A DNA stretch of 64,000 nt from contig JAZHEJ010000042.1 in NCBI GenBank assembly GCA_036679665.1, positions 4,137 through 68,136 on the forward strand. The letters run 5' to 3'. Position 1 is the stretch's first letter. Every line of letters begins with the position of its first letter. The notes below the pieces were generated by a model. It was given only the letters and a program-made list of their open reading frames with translations. It was not told the DNA's origin and ran no database searches. Source of the stretch: Candidatus Tethybacter castellensis. GTDB taxonomy: Bacteria; Pseudomonadota; Gammaproteobacteria; Tethybacterales; Tethybacteraceae. The position numbers were made by a program, and so were the translations under genes. Positions 47,627-56,790 of this stretch are shown here, in pieces.

Positions 47627-48205
47627 GTGGTAAAACAAAGCGGGCTATGCCTGCCGGATTTCACCGAAAACCGCATAAGTGGAGAATTGATCCACGACGG
47701 CGGATTTATACGCTTGGAAAAAGATCTGGTGAGAATGCCAAGCGGTACGATCTCGTCCCGTTATGTTGTTCGTCATTGTGGCGCGGTGGCGATTATTCCG
47801 ATATTTACCAATGGAGATATCCTGCTGGTACATCAGTATCGTTATTCATTGGGCAAGCACATTCTAGAAATACCTGCCGGTAAACTTGAAAAAGACGAAG
47901 AGCCTCTTACTTGCGCGATACGGGAATTACGCGAAGAGACCGGCTATATCGCCAAGCGTTGGGAAGCATTGATCGATACTCATTCTAGCGTCGGCTTTAC
48001 CGATGAAAAACTCACCATTTTTTTAGCCGATGAAATAAGCTTTGCTAGTCAGCCAGATACCGACGAAGATGAGAATGTCCAAGTGGTGCGACTGTCGCTA
48101 GAAGATGCTATAAAAAAGCTTGCGCAGGGGCAAATTACCGAAAATCGTACCCAACTTGCGCTGTTGTGGTTACGACTGCGTCAAGCGGATATTCGGCTTG
48201 GCTAA
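47627..48205 (+). CDS. NUDIX hydrolase, ADP-ribose pyrophosphatase-like
   Basis: Nudix box GKLEKDEEPLTCAIRELREETGY. GTG start. Confidence 0.75.
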   Translation: MVKQSGLCLPDFTENRISGELIHDGGFIRLEKDLVRMPSGTISSRYVVRHCGAVAIIPIFTNGDILLVHQYRYSLGKHILEIPAGKLEKDEEPLTCAIRELREETGYIAKRWEALIDTHSSVGFTDEKLTIFLADEISFASQPDTDEDENVQVVRLSLEDAIKKLAQGQITENRTQLALLWLRLRQADIRLG

Positions 48206-48214
48206 CCGATGCGG

Positions 48215-49021
48215 CTATTTTTGGGCGAGTTCTTCTGCGCGCTGGTGCGCCGCACGGATGGCATCGGCAAAAATTTCGGCGAATTTGTGATCGGCCAAAG
48301 TGTTCAGAGCCGCTGCTGTGGTGCCTCCTTTGGAAGTTACCTGCTCGCGTAGCGCGGCGGGGTGCTTGTCGGCGCTCATGACCATCTTGCTTGCACCATG
48401 CAACGTCTGAGCCGTAGCGGCAAGGGCGATGTCTGCCGGTAGGCCAAGTTGCTCAGCGGTTGATGACATAATTTCCATAACCAAATATGCGTAGGCCGGG
48501 CCGGATCCGGAAAGTGCGGTGGCGACATCTATCAGGTTTTCTTCGGTTACCCAGAACAAGCTGCCGCAAGCACTCATTAATCGCGTGGTTAACTTTGCTG
48601 CCGGACCCGCGGTATCTTGCGCCGCATACGCAAACGAACAACCTTCGCCGATAACCGCCGGCGTATTGGGCATAACGCGCACAATGTCCAGCGCGCTAAG
48701 CCAGTCGCGTAACGACTCGGTAGTAACCCCGGCAGCGATGCTGATTACAGGTTGCGAATTTAAATACCCGGATGTACAAAGTTCAGCGCAAGCTTGTTGC
48801 AGATCTTGCGGTTTGACACACAACAAATAAGCTTGTGCCGCGGGTAATGCCGTACAACTAGCGTAGGTTTGACATCCTTTGCCTGCTAATTTTGCGCGTG
48901 CTTCATCATTCGGCTCTGCGACCGCGATATCTTCCGGTCTCCAAATACCGCTTGTCAAAGCTGCGGTAATTAGCGCGGTTGCCATGGTGCCGCCGCCGAC
49001 AATCGCCACTTGGGTGCTCAT
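48215..49021 (-). CDS. proC: Pyrroline-5-carboxylate reductase
   Basis: VAIVGGGTMATA Rossmann N-terminus and C-terminal SKGGTTAAAL motif. It follows yggS, as in many gammaproteobacteria. Confidence 0.9.
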   Translation of the reverse strand: MSTQVAIVGGGTMATALITAALTSGIWRPEDIAVAEPNDEARAKLAGKGCQTYASCTALPAAQAYLLCVKPQDLQQACAELCTSGYLNSQPVISIAAGVTTESLRDWLSALDIVRVMPNTPAVIGEGCSFAYAAQDTAGPAAKLTTRLMSACGSLFWVTEENLIDVATALSGSGPAYAYLVMEIMSSTAEQLGLPADIALAATAQTLHGASKMVMSADKHPAALREQVTSKGGTTAAALNTLADHKFAEIFADAIRAAHQRAEELAQK

Positions 49022-49728
49022 AGGCGCTCTCCGAAGATTAAGGTGCCAATGCGAATAATCGTCGCCCCGTTGCTGATCGCTTGCGAAAAGTCGTCAGACA
49101 TCCCCATTGATAGTGTATCAAGTTGATGATCAATGCTTGCGGCGTGCTGTAAAGCGGCCAGCTCCGCAAATCGCTTGCTATTATCTTTTGCAGCAAGTGA
49201 TGGCTCGGGTATGCACATCAGTCCGCGCAGACGCACGCCGTCTATCGCACTTACTTGGTCGAGAAAATCAGGTACCGCTTTAGGCATGATGCCGTGCTTG
49301 CTTTGCTCTTCACCCAGATTTACCTGCACGGTAACGTTGATTGGTTCTTTTCCGGCGGCAAGCCGAGCCGCACCTAATCGGTTAGCGATCTTGATCCGGT
49401 CGAGGGCGTGAAACCAGTCAAATAACAATGCCGCCTCGCGAGTTTTGTTAGCCTGCAAAGGTCCGATCAAGTGCCAAATGCCTTTGAATTCGTCTCCTAG
49501 CTCGTGAATTTTAGCGGCAGTTTCTTGAACATAGTTTTCGCCAAAATCCATTTGTCCAAGCCGATAAGCTTCAGCAATCAGGGTGCTCGGCTGGCGCTTG
49601 CTGACCGCCAGCAAGGTGATTTCAGCCGGGTCGCGTTGTGGTTGGCAGTTGGCGCAACTACGCTCAATCTGCTGACGTATAGAATGAATGTTAAAATTGA
49701 TACTTGATGGACCGATAATTTTCGCCAT
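49018..49728 (-). CDS. yggS: YggS-family pyridoxal-phosphate homeostasis protein
   Basis: LLAVSKRQP (PLP lysine), HLIGPLQANK and LSMGMSDDF motifs. Confidence 0.9.
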   Translation of the reverse strand: MAKIIGPSSINFNIHSIRQQIERSCANCQPQRDPAEITLLAVSKRQPSTLIAEAYRLGQMDFGENYVQETAAKIHELGDEFKGIWHLIGPLQANKTREAALLFDWFHALDRIKIANRLGAARLAAGKEPINVTVQVNLGEEQSKHGIMPKAVPDFLDQVSAIDGVRLRGLMCIPEPSLAAKDNSKRFAELAALQHAASIDHQLDTLSMGMSDDFSQAISNGATIIRIGTLIFGERL

Positions 49729-49788
49729 CTTGTCAATTTACCATTTTAATCAGATATCTGAGTCTCTTTTGAAATAAGGAAAAATAGC

Positions 49789-50901
49789 ATGGAAGGAAAA
49801 GAATTACTGGATACCCTTTTAAGGTTTATCGTCGACAATGACGCGTCAGATTTGCATATCTCCTGCGGGCTTAAACCTCGGGTGCGCATCCATGGCGAGA
49901 TAATCACTATCGAATCCGATGAGATCGGAGTGATTACCAAAGAGCATGCTGAAGGAATCGGGCGAGCGTTGCTTCCTGCGGAGAATGATTGGCAACACTA
50001 TATTGAACACTTCGAAGAAGATTTTTCGTACGAGATTCCTGATGTGGCACGTTTTCGAGTTAACATGTTCATGCATAATCGGGGCCCTGGTATGGTATTT
50101 AGGGTAATCCCGGCCACTGTGCTCACACTTGAACAATTAGGTGCGCCGGAAGTGTTCGGTAAGATTTCTCACTCCATTAAATCAGGAGTGGTGCTAGTGA
50201 CCGGGCCGACCGGATCAGGCAAGTCCACAACCCTGGCAGCGATGATTAATGAGATCAATGAAAATGCCAAAGAGCATATTTTGACCATTGAAGATCCGAT
50301 TGAGTTTGTGCATCAGCCCAAGCAGTCGCTGATCAATCAACGCGAGGTGGGTGCTCATACGCACAGCTTTGCTAACGCGCTCAAGGCAGCGTTGCGTGAA
50401 GACCCGGATGTGATTTTGGTCGGGGAGATGCGAGATTTGGAAACGATACGTCTTGCGCTGACCGCTGCTGAAACAGGACACCTTGTATTTGGCACTTTAC
50501 ACACCTCATCGGCAGCTAAGACTATGGATCGGGTGATTGATGTTTTTCCCTCCGCTGAGAAGGATATGGTGCGTTCAATGCTTTCTGAAAGCCTCCGTTG
50601 TGTAATTTCCCAGCAACTGATGCGCCGCGTTGACGGTGGTCGCGTCGCTTGTCATGAAATTTTGATGTCAACTCCGGCAATTCGCAACCTGATTCGCGAA
50701 AACAAAGTCGCGCAAATTTATTCTGCGCTGCAAACCGGTAAAAAAGACGGCATGCAAACCATGGACGACGCCATGGAACAACTGCTTGAGCAGAAGGTTA
50801 TCGTACCCGAAGACGCATACGCTCGCGCGGTAAACAAAAAGAAATTCGCAGTTTACGCCAATATCAGTCCGATACAGGCAGCCGCTGATCAAGAAGCCTA
50901 A
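49789..50901 (+). CDS. pilT: Type IV pilus retraction ATPase PilT
   Basis: ASDLHIS, Walker A (GPTGSGKST), Asp box, Walker B (ILVGEMRD), His box and the PilT-specific AIRNLIRE motif. Confidence 0.9.
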   Translation: MEGKELLDTLLRFIVDNDASDLHISCGLKPRVRIHGEIITIESDEIGVITKEHAEGIGRALLPAENDWQHYIEHFEEDFSYEIPDVARFRVNMFMHNRGPGMVFRVIPATVLTLEQLGAPEVFGKISHSIKSGVVLVTGPTGSGKSTTLAAMINEINENAKEHILTIEDPIEFVHQPKQSLINQREVGAHTHSFANALKAALREDPDVILVGEMRDLETIRLALTAAETGHLVFGTLHTSSAAKTMDRVIDVFPSAEKDMVRSMLSESLRCVISQQLMRRVDGGRVACHEILMSTPAIRNLIRENKVAQIYSALQTGKKDGMQTMDDAMEQLLEQKVIVPEDAYARAVNKKKFAVYANISPIQAAADQEA

Positions 50902-50933
50902 GCACTCCTGAGATTTTTGTTACTTAGCTTCGG

Positions 50934-51704
50934 CTAGGCAACTTCAAACCACGAGGTTGTGGTGTCCTGTTGCGCGATGTTCAGAGCGGGACTGTACCCG
51001 GAATTACGCAACTTAGCCAGCAGGCAATTGCGTACCTTGGCGGGAGTATTGTTGTTGTCGCTAAGATGCGCTGCAACCACATGGCGCAGATGATCATGGC
51101 AGATGTTATGAAGTAAGGAGGCGGCTTGTTCGTTGGACAAATGTCCTTTGCCGCCGCGAATGCGTTGTTTGAGCCATGGCGGATATTTGTTGTTGCCATC
51201 GAGCATCTCATCGTCATAATTGCATTCAAGCACCAGGGCGTTGCAGTTGGCAAGCATCAAACACAGATATGAGTTCGGCTTGCCAATATCAGTTGCGAAT
51301 GCTAATTTAGTGCTGTCAGCTTGAAAACAAAATTGTACCGCTTCGCGTGCGTCATGCGGTATGGTGTAAGGTGTGAGCATGGTATTACCGGCTAGCAAAA
51401 TGCTTTGATCAGGTTTGATTGGGACAAAATCAGCTTCCCGCAACCCAAGTTCCTGCGCTGTACCACGGGTCATATGTGGTCGAATATCGGTAAGACTTAC
51501 TATTTTGTCCAAGTAACAAATATGGTCGCTGTGATCATGGGTAACGATTATTGCGGTAAGCTCAGAGTAGCTGGTACCCAGCTCGTTCATGCGCGCCTTC
51601 AACTTGACACCTGAAATGCCGCAATCGAGCAAAATCAGGTCTTCTTTGCTTTCAATCAGCGCGGCGTTACCCTTCGAGCCGCTAGCTAAGATCGCAAATC
51701 GCAA
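50934..51704 (-). CDS. MBL-fold metallo-hydrolase (YycJ/PhnP-like)
   Basis: LASGSKGNAALIE, LLDCG and VTHDHSDH motifs. The substrate is unknown. Confidence 0.7.
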   Translation of the reverse strand: MRFAILASGSKGNAALIESKEDLILLDCGISGVKLKARMNELGTSYSELTAIIVTHDHSDHICYLDKIVSLTDIRPHMTRGTAQELGLREADFVPIKPDQSILLAGNTMLTPYTIPHDAREAVQFCFQADSTKLAFATDIGKPNSYLCLMLANCNALVLECNYDDEMLDGNNKYPPWLKQRIRGGKGHLSNEQAASLLHNICHDHLRHVVAAHLSDNNNTPAKVRNCLLAKLRNSGYSPALNIAQQDTTTSWFEVA

Positions 51705-51732
51705 GAAATGTACCTGTTGGAATAGCCGCGAC

Positions 51733-52761
51733 TTAGAGAAAGTTGGCGATGCGGTCGATTATAAATGTGCCTTCGGCACCTTCAGGAGCGATGATACGGG
51801 TAGAGTCAGGATTGCTAGACTGAACTTGCAGGACCACCTCATATGGAGGTTTGTTGACGTCATCTGAGCCGAAAAAGCGATCAAACAGACCAACATTATC
51901 AGGGTCCTTATTTGGCTCTGCCAGAAGTAACACAATCCTACCTTCGTCCAAGTCACTTTGCACAACGGTGAAACCACCGCGGTCCAAGGCCAGTTGCAAG
52001 CGGCGCCAAGCCTGCTCGCGGTCGCGCAATATTACTAAAATGTGGGCATTTGTTTCATATAAGTTGTTAACGGTGACCTGCTGTTCGAATTCTTCCAAAG
52101 TGGCGACGCTCTCTTCAGCCAACCTGAAGGATAAAAGCAAGCGGCGCAACATTTCAGCTTCGCGAGTTCGATCAACTTCCAGCGGGACGAATTCGCCGTT
52201 CTGTTCTTGTTTAATGCCACGAAAAGCGATGTAAATATTGGTGGAATTGGCATCCGCACCAGGTTCAATCAACGTCCGATAGCGGTGACGAATACCGGTG
52301 TCGTTGATGCGTTCAAAAGCGATATCAAGATAGCGGCTCAAACCGGTCCCCAGCACCAAAGCACGGTCTTGTTGCCAATCCGTTTCTATAATACCCGCTT
52401 CAGGCAGTTCGATCTCCAGCGCAAAGCCTTGATCCAACCAAAATTCACGCACGGCAACCCAAACGTCTATCGGTGGCAAATCGATTTCTAGCCAGCGAAG
52501 GGTTTCTTCACGTTTGATACGCGCCTGAGTAATTTCCGGCAACAGCCGCGTGACGCCGCCTTGTTCGGTTTGCAACAGAACCTGTTCGATGTCTGACAGC
52601 ACATTGGGTGGTCGCACCAGACGGTTTTCTTCGTATAGTGAGGAAGCTTTATAGTCGGCGTTTTCGGCCGTAAGCGGAGTGGTTGTTCCGCCGCAATTAG
52701 CAAGCAACAAAGCGCTAACCAAACACAAGGCTAGGCAATACAGTTTCGTAGATGATTTCAA
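51733..52761 (-). CDS. bamC: Outer-membrane protein assembly factor BamC (NlpB-like lipoprotein)
   Basis: Immediately downstream of dapA (conserved dapA-bamC pair). Lipobox LLLANCGG follows a TTG start that overlaps the dapA stop (TTGA); ~342 aa. Confidence 0.6.
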   Translation of the reverse strand: MKSSTKLYCLALCLVSALLLANCGGTTTPLTAENADYKASSLYEENRLVRPPNVLSDIEQVLLQTEQGGVTRLLPEITQARIKREETLRWLEIDLPPIDVWVAVREFWLDQGFALEIELPEAGIIETDWQQDRALVLGTGLSRYLDIAFERINDTGIRHRYRTLIEPGADANSTNIYIAFRGIKQEQNGEFVPLEVDRTREAEMLRRLLLSFRLAEESVATLEEFEQQVTVNNLYETNAHILVILRDREQAWRRLQLALDRGGFTVVQSDLDEGRIVLLLAEPNKDPDNVGLFDRFFGSDDVNKPPYEVVLQVQSSNPDSTRIIAPEGAEGTFIIDRIANFL

Positions 52762-53639
52762 TGCAAATGCTCCACAGCGGTACGAGCTTGCTCGTGGTAA
52801 GAAAAAGATAGAGATAGTAGCGGCAAGCGAATGCCGTGCTGGATCCGCGACATGTCGGCTAACACCCATTTGACCGGAATCGGGTTGGCCTCTATGCCCT
52901 GTACGCGATTGAACGCGGCTAATTGTTGATCTAGTTCGATAGAGGTAGGTGAGCTGGCGTTCTCGGCAGTGGCTTCAATCATGTTATGCATCATACGCGG
53001 CGCGATGTTGGCGGTTACCGAAATAACTCCGTGTCCACCGGCCGCGACATATTCTCGCGCGGTGGTGTCGTCGCCGGATAGCCAGGTAAATTCTTTATCG
53101 ATACGTTCCATCATATAGTGTAGGCGGCCAATATCGCCGGTAGCATCTTTGATACCGCCAATTAACGGATGTTCCGCAAGTTTTATCACGGTGTCGTCGG
53201 TAAGGTCGGTGATAGTCCTGGCTGGTACGTTATAAAGAATAAGCGGTTTAGTTGCGACATCCGCGATCATGCTGAAGTGTCTTATCAGCCCTTGCTGAGT
53301 GGGTTTGTTGTAATAAGGCACAACGGACAGGCAGGCGTCGGCGCCGTCAGTACAAGCTTGAGCCGTAAGTTTCATTGCTTCAGCGGTGCTGTTTGATCCG
53401 GTACCGGCAATGACCGGTATGCGTCCGTCGACATGTTCAATTATTTTGGCTATTACTTTTTGATGTTCTGTCATTGACAAAGTGGGAGATTCGCCGGTAG
53501 TTCCAACCGCAACAATGCCGTCGGTGCCAGAGCTCAGATGCCAATCAAGCAAACTGACAAGGGCTTGCCAGTCGATTGCACCGTCAGCGTGCATGGGCGT
53601 TACCAGTGCCACAATGCTTCCTTTAAGTTGCTTTGCCAT
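52758..53639 (-). CDS. dapA: 4-hydroxy-tetrahydrodipicolinate synthase
   Basis: GSIVALVTPM, GTTGESPTLS, YNVPARTI and the Schiff-base lysine region (GGIKDATGD). Confidence 0.9.
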   Translation of the reverse strand: MAKQLKGSIVALVTPMHADGAIDWQALVSLLDWHLSSGTDGIVAVGTTGESPTLSMTEHQKVIAKIIEHVDGRIPVIAGTGSNSTAEAMKLTAQACTDGADACLSVVPYYNKPTQQGLIRHFSMIADVATKPLILYNVPARTITDLTDDTVIKLAEHPLIGGIKDATGDIGRLHYMMERIDKEFTWLSGDDTTAREYVAAGGHGVISVTANIAPRMMHNMIEATAENASSPTSIELDQQLAAFNRVQGIEANPIPVKWVLADMSRIQHGIRLPLLSLSFSYHEQARTAVEHLH

Positions 53640-53662
53640 AAGTGTAGCAGAGATTTTAATGC

Positions 53663-55156
53663 CTACAGCGCAGGAGAAGCCATTTGGCTAGGTCGCCATC
53701 CGGTTAGCCACAGGGACGCAAAATATGTCGCAACGCCAATCGAAGCTGCTATGGCGAGGCCGGCGACACGCTCAATTGCCGTTATCTGTGTCCATTCGCT
53801 AGGCTGACCCCTTAGCCAAAGTAATAACAAGGTCATGACAACGCATCCGCAGAGTACGCGCAACAAAAATCCCGGCCAACCCGGCTGGGGCTGGTAAATG
53901 TGTCGGTAAAGTAACACCCCGAGCAGTAATAACGCATTAACTGATACGCCGATCGCTATGGCCAAGGCCAACCCCGCATGTTGTAACAAAGGAACGAGCG
54001 CAAAGTTCATAGCGACCGTAACCGCGAGCGCCACGGCCGATATCTTAACCGGCACCATGATCTCCTGGCGGGAATAAAAACCCGCGGTAAGTGTTTTGAT
54101 GCAAACTAGCGCCGGTACCCCGAAACTGTATGCAAACATCGCCAATGAAGTTTGTACGCTGTCAAGTGGTGTATAGTTGCCGTGCTGGAAGAATGTCGCG
54201 GCTAGCGGCAAGGCCAATACCGCCATGCCGAATGCCGCGGGGAGGCCGAGCAAAACCGCAATTCTTAGACTCCAGTCTAAGGTGATGCTAAATGGTTTTT
54301 GTTGATCTGAATGAGCTTGACGCGACAGCGTGGGCAGAACAATTACTCCGAGTGCCGCACCTAGCAGCCCGGTAGGCAGTTCCATCATTCGGTCGGCAAA
54401 ATATAGCCATGACACTGAGCCGTCTGCCAAAAACGATGCGAATACCAGATTGATGACAATGCCAAACTGAGCGATTGACACCCCGATCGCTCCCAAGCCG
54501 GTAAGTTTGAGAAGTTTTTTCATCTCAGGAGTCAGGCGCGGCCAAGCCAAGCGCGGTAATTTACCATATTTATACATTGCCGCCGCTTGTAAAGATAACT
54601 GGGCCAAGCCACCGATGATTACGCCCCACGCTAACGCTTCAATCGGATTGGCAAGTTGTGGCGCTAGCAATATCGCGCACCCGATCAGGCTGATATTAAG
54701 CAAAGCTGGCGCAAATGCGAAAGCGGCGAAGCGGCCGTAAGAATTAAGTACCGCGCCACCAAAGGCGGTAAGGGAAATAAGCAAAATATAGGGAAAAGTA
54801 ATGCGCAACAATGTAACTGCGGCTTCTGATTTGCCTTCGATTTCCGCAAAACCAGGTGCAAGCACCGCGATGAGCAGCGGCGCCCCGATAATGCCGCACA
54901 CACTGATCAAAGCAAGCACGCATGTTAGCCAGCTTGCAATAATATTGCGTAACTGTGCGGATTTATTGGATTCGCGCGCAGAGTTGTAAACCGGCACAAA
55001 TGCTTGGGTAAATGCTCCTTCGGCGGTCAGGCGGCGTAGCAAGTTGGGAATTTTGAATGCCGCGAAAAACGCATCGGTATGCAGACCGACTGCGAATGAA
55101 AAAGCGATGGTAACATCGCGCACCAAGCCAAGAACGCGTGACAGCAAGGTCAGCAC
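53663..55156 (-). CDS. murJ: Lipid II flippase MurJ. The 5' end is uncertain, and homology continues upstream to about 55198.
   Basis: LSRVLGLVRDV..., DAFFAAFKIPNLLRRLTAEGAFTQAFVP and 14 predicted TM segments. The GTG at 55156 is the first canonical start. Confidence 0.9.
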   Translation of the reverse strand: MLTLLSRVLGLVRDVTIAFSFAVGLHTDAFFAAFKIPNLLRRLTAEGAFTQAFVPVYNSARESNKSAQLRNIIASWLTCVLALISVCGIIGAPLLIAVLAPGFAEIEGKSEAAVTLLRITFPYILLISLTAFGGAVLNSYGRFAAFAFAPALLNISLIGCAILLAPQLANPIEALAWGVIIGGLAQLSLQAAAMYKYGKLPRLAWPRLTPEMKKLLKLTGLGAIGVSIAQFGIVINLVFASFLADGSVSWLYFADRMMELPTGLLGAALGVIVLPTLSRQAHSDQQKPFSITLDWSLRIAVLLGLPAAFGMAVLALPLAATFFQHGNYTPLDSVQTSLAMFAYSFGVPALVCIKTLTAGFYSRQEIMVPVKISAVALAVTVAMNFALVPLLQHAGLALAIAIGVSVNALLLLGVLLYRHIYQPQPGWPGFLLRVLCGCVVMTLLLLWLRGQPSEWTQITAIERVAGLAIAASIGVATYFASLWLTGWRPSQMASPAL

Positions 55157-55213
55157 TGAAACTGACCACAGCGCCTTGCTGAGCCGTCCGCTAGCTATAT
55201 GTCGGTTCTTCCC

Positions 55214-55237
55214 TAGTGTGTCGGTGTCGACACACTA
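55214..55237 (-). repeat. Perfect 10-bp inverted repeat (TAGTGTGTCG-nnnn-CGACACACTA) spanning the leuC stop codon, immediately upstream of murJ
   Basis: Read directly from the sequence. On the minus-strand transcript the stem starts at the leuC TAG and is followed by GGGAAG rather than a U-run. Confidence 0.6.
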
Positions 55238-56752
55238 TGCTGCGGAGATATCAACGAAATGTCCTTTTCCGACCGTGGCGACCGCGGCGGCCATCACCGG
55301 ACTGACCAGGTGGGTGCGAGCCTGGTAACCTTGCCTACCTTCGAAGTTGCGGTTTGAAGTGGAAGCGCAACGCTCATGCGGGCCTACCACATCGTCGTTC
55401 ATGCCCAGACACATTGAGCATCCCGGCAGCCGCCACTCAAAGCCGGCTCGTTTAAGTTCGCGGGCGTAGCCTAAATCCACGGCCTGTTCGCTGACCTGAC
55501 GCGAGCTAGGTACGATAATCGCTTTAAATTCGCCACCGCCCGGCGCCCGCTTGCGCGATACTGCGCGGCCACTACGGCGCACAAAGTCATAGACATCTTT
55601 GATATCCTGTAGACGGGCGTTGGTACAAGAACCGATGAACACCCTGTCCATGGCGATATCGGTGATTTTTGCGCCGGCTTTGAGTCCCATGTAGCTGAGC
55701 GCCGACTGATAACTGTCTTGACTTGCTGGATCATCTTGCGAAGCGGGATTCGGTACATAACCATCCACGTCCACCACCTGATCAGGCTTGGTTCCCCACG
55801 AAACTTGCGGCTTGATCTTGGCGGCGTCAAATTCATAACTAGTGTCAAATTGTGCATCATCATCTGAATGCAATGTGCGCCAATACCGTTCGGCTTGCGC
55901 AAACATTTTTCCGCTTGGAGCAAGCGGGCGGCCGCGCAAAAATTCGATAGTCGTGTCATCAACCGCAACCATTGAAGAACGGGCTCCGCCCTCTATCGAC
56001 ATGTTGCATATCGTAAAGCGTCCGTCGATGTCAGATTGTTCGATAGCCTCGCCGCAAAATTCAATTGAATGGCCTGCGGCGCCGAATACGCGCATTTCGC
56101 GGATTATGTTAAGAATTATGTCTTTGGCAAAAACATTTTCACGCAATTTGCCGGCCAAGGTTATGCGCATACTCTTGGGCTTAGTTTGCCACAAAGTCTG
56201 CGTGGCCAACACATGTTCTACTTCGGTGGTTCCGATACCGAACGCCAGACATCCTAAAGCGCCGTTGGTGCTAGTGTGCGAATCACCGCAGACCACAGTC
56301 AAACCCGGCAATACAAAGCCTTGCTCAGGGCCTACCACATGAACGATACCGGCGTGTCGCGACTCAGGTGAGAAATAACGAATATTGTTGGCATTGCAGT
56401 TGTTGTTGAGAGTGCTCATTTGCAATGCGGATGCTTGACCGCTTTGGATTCTGCGCATTGAGTTCGCGTAAGTGATTTTGGTGGTTCGATCGCCGCCGGT
56501 ACCGCGTTCTTCATGGCGCTGATCGCGCTTTTTGTTGAGGTTGTGCTTGGTGGAAACATTGTGGTCGGCCACCGCGAGAATAAATTGACGACGACGGATA
56601 TCGCGCCGTGCGACGCGCAAACCGTCGAAAGCTTGCGGGCTGGTTACCTCGTGCATCAGGTGGCGGTCAATATACAGTAAATCCCGGCCGCTATCGTCGG
56701 TGTCCACGATATGCCGATTCCAAATTTTGTCAAGTAAAGTTTTGCCGTGCAT
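55235..56752 (-). CDS. leuC: 3-isopropylmalate dehydratase large subunit (aconitase family)
   Basis: N-terminus KTLLDKIWNRHIV...YIDRHLMHEVTSPQAF, then GDSHTSTNGALG, GSCTNARLQD and PGCSMCLGMN Fe-S ligand motifs. I chose the start at M38 of the tracked ORF. Confidence 0.85.
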   Translation of the reverse strand: MHGKTLLDKIWNRHIVDTDDSGRDLLYIDRHLMHEVTSPQAFDGLRVARRDIRRRQFILAVADHNVSTKHNLNKKRDQRHEERGTGGDRTTKITYANSMRRIQSGQASALQMSTLNNNCNANNIRYFSPESRHAGIVHVVGPEQGFVLPGLTVVCGDSHTSTNGALGCLAFGIGTTEVEHVLATQTLWQTKPKSMRITLAGKLRENVFAKDIILNIIREMRVFGAAGHSIEFCGEAIEQSDIDGRFTICNMSIEGGARSSMVAVDDTTIEFLRGRPLAPSGKMFAQAERYWRTLHSDDDAQFDTSYEFDAAKIKPQVSWGTKPDQVVDVDGYVPNPASQDDPASQDSYQSALSYMGLKAGAKITDIAMDRVFIGSCTNARLQDIKDVYDFVRRSGRAVSRKRAPGGGEFKAIIVPSSRQVSEQAVDLGYARELKRAGFEWRLPGCSMCLGMNDDVVGPHERCASTSNRNFEGRQGYQARTHLVSPVMAAAVATVGKGHFVDISAA

Positions 56753-56790
56753 GATTTTTACGTGTGCCGTCAAAGCGTTGGCAGCAAAAG

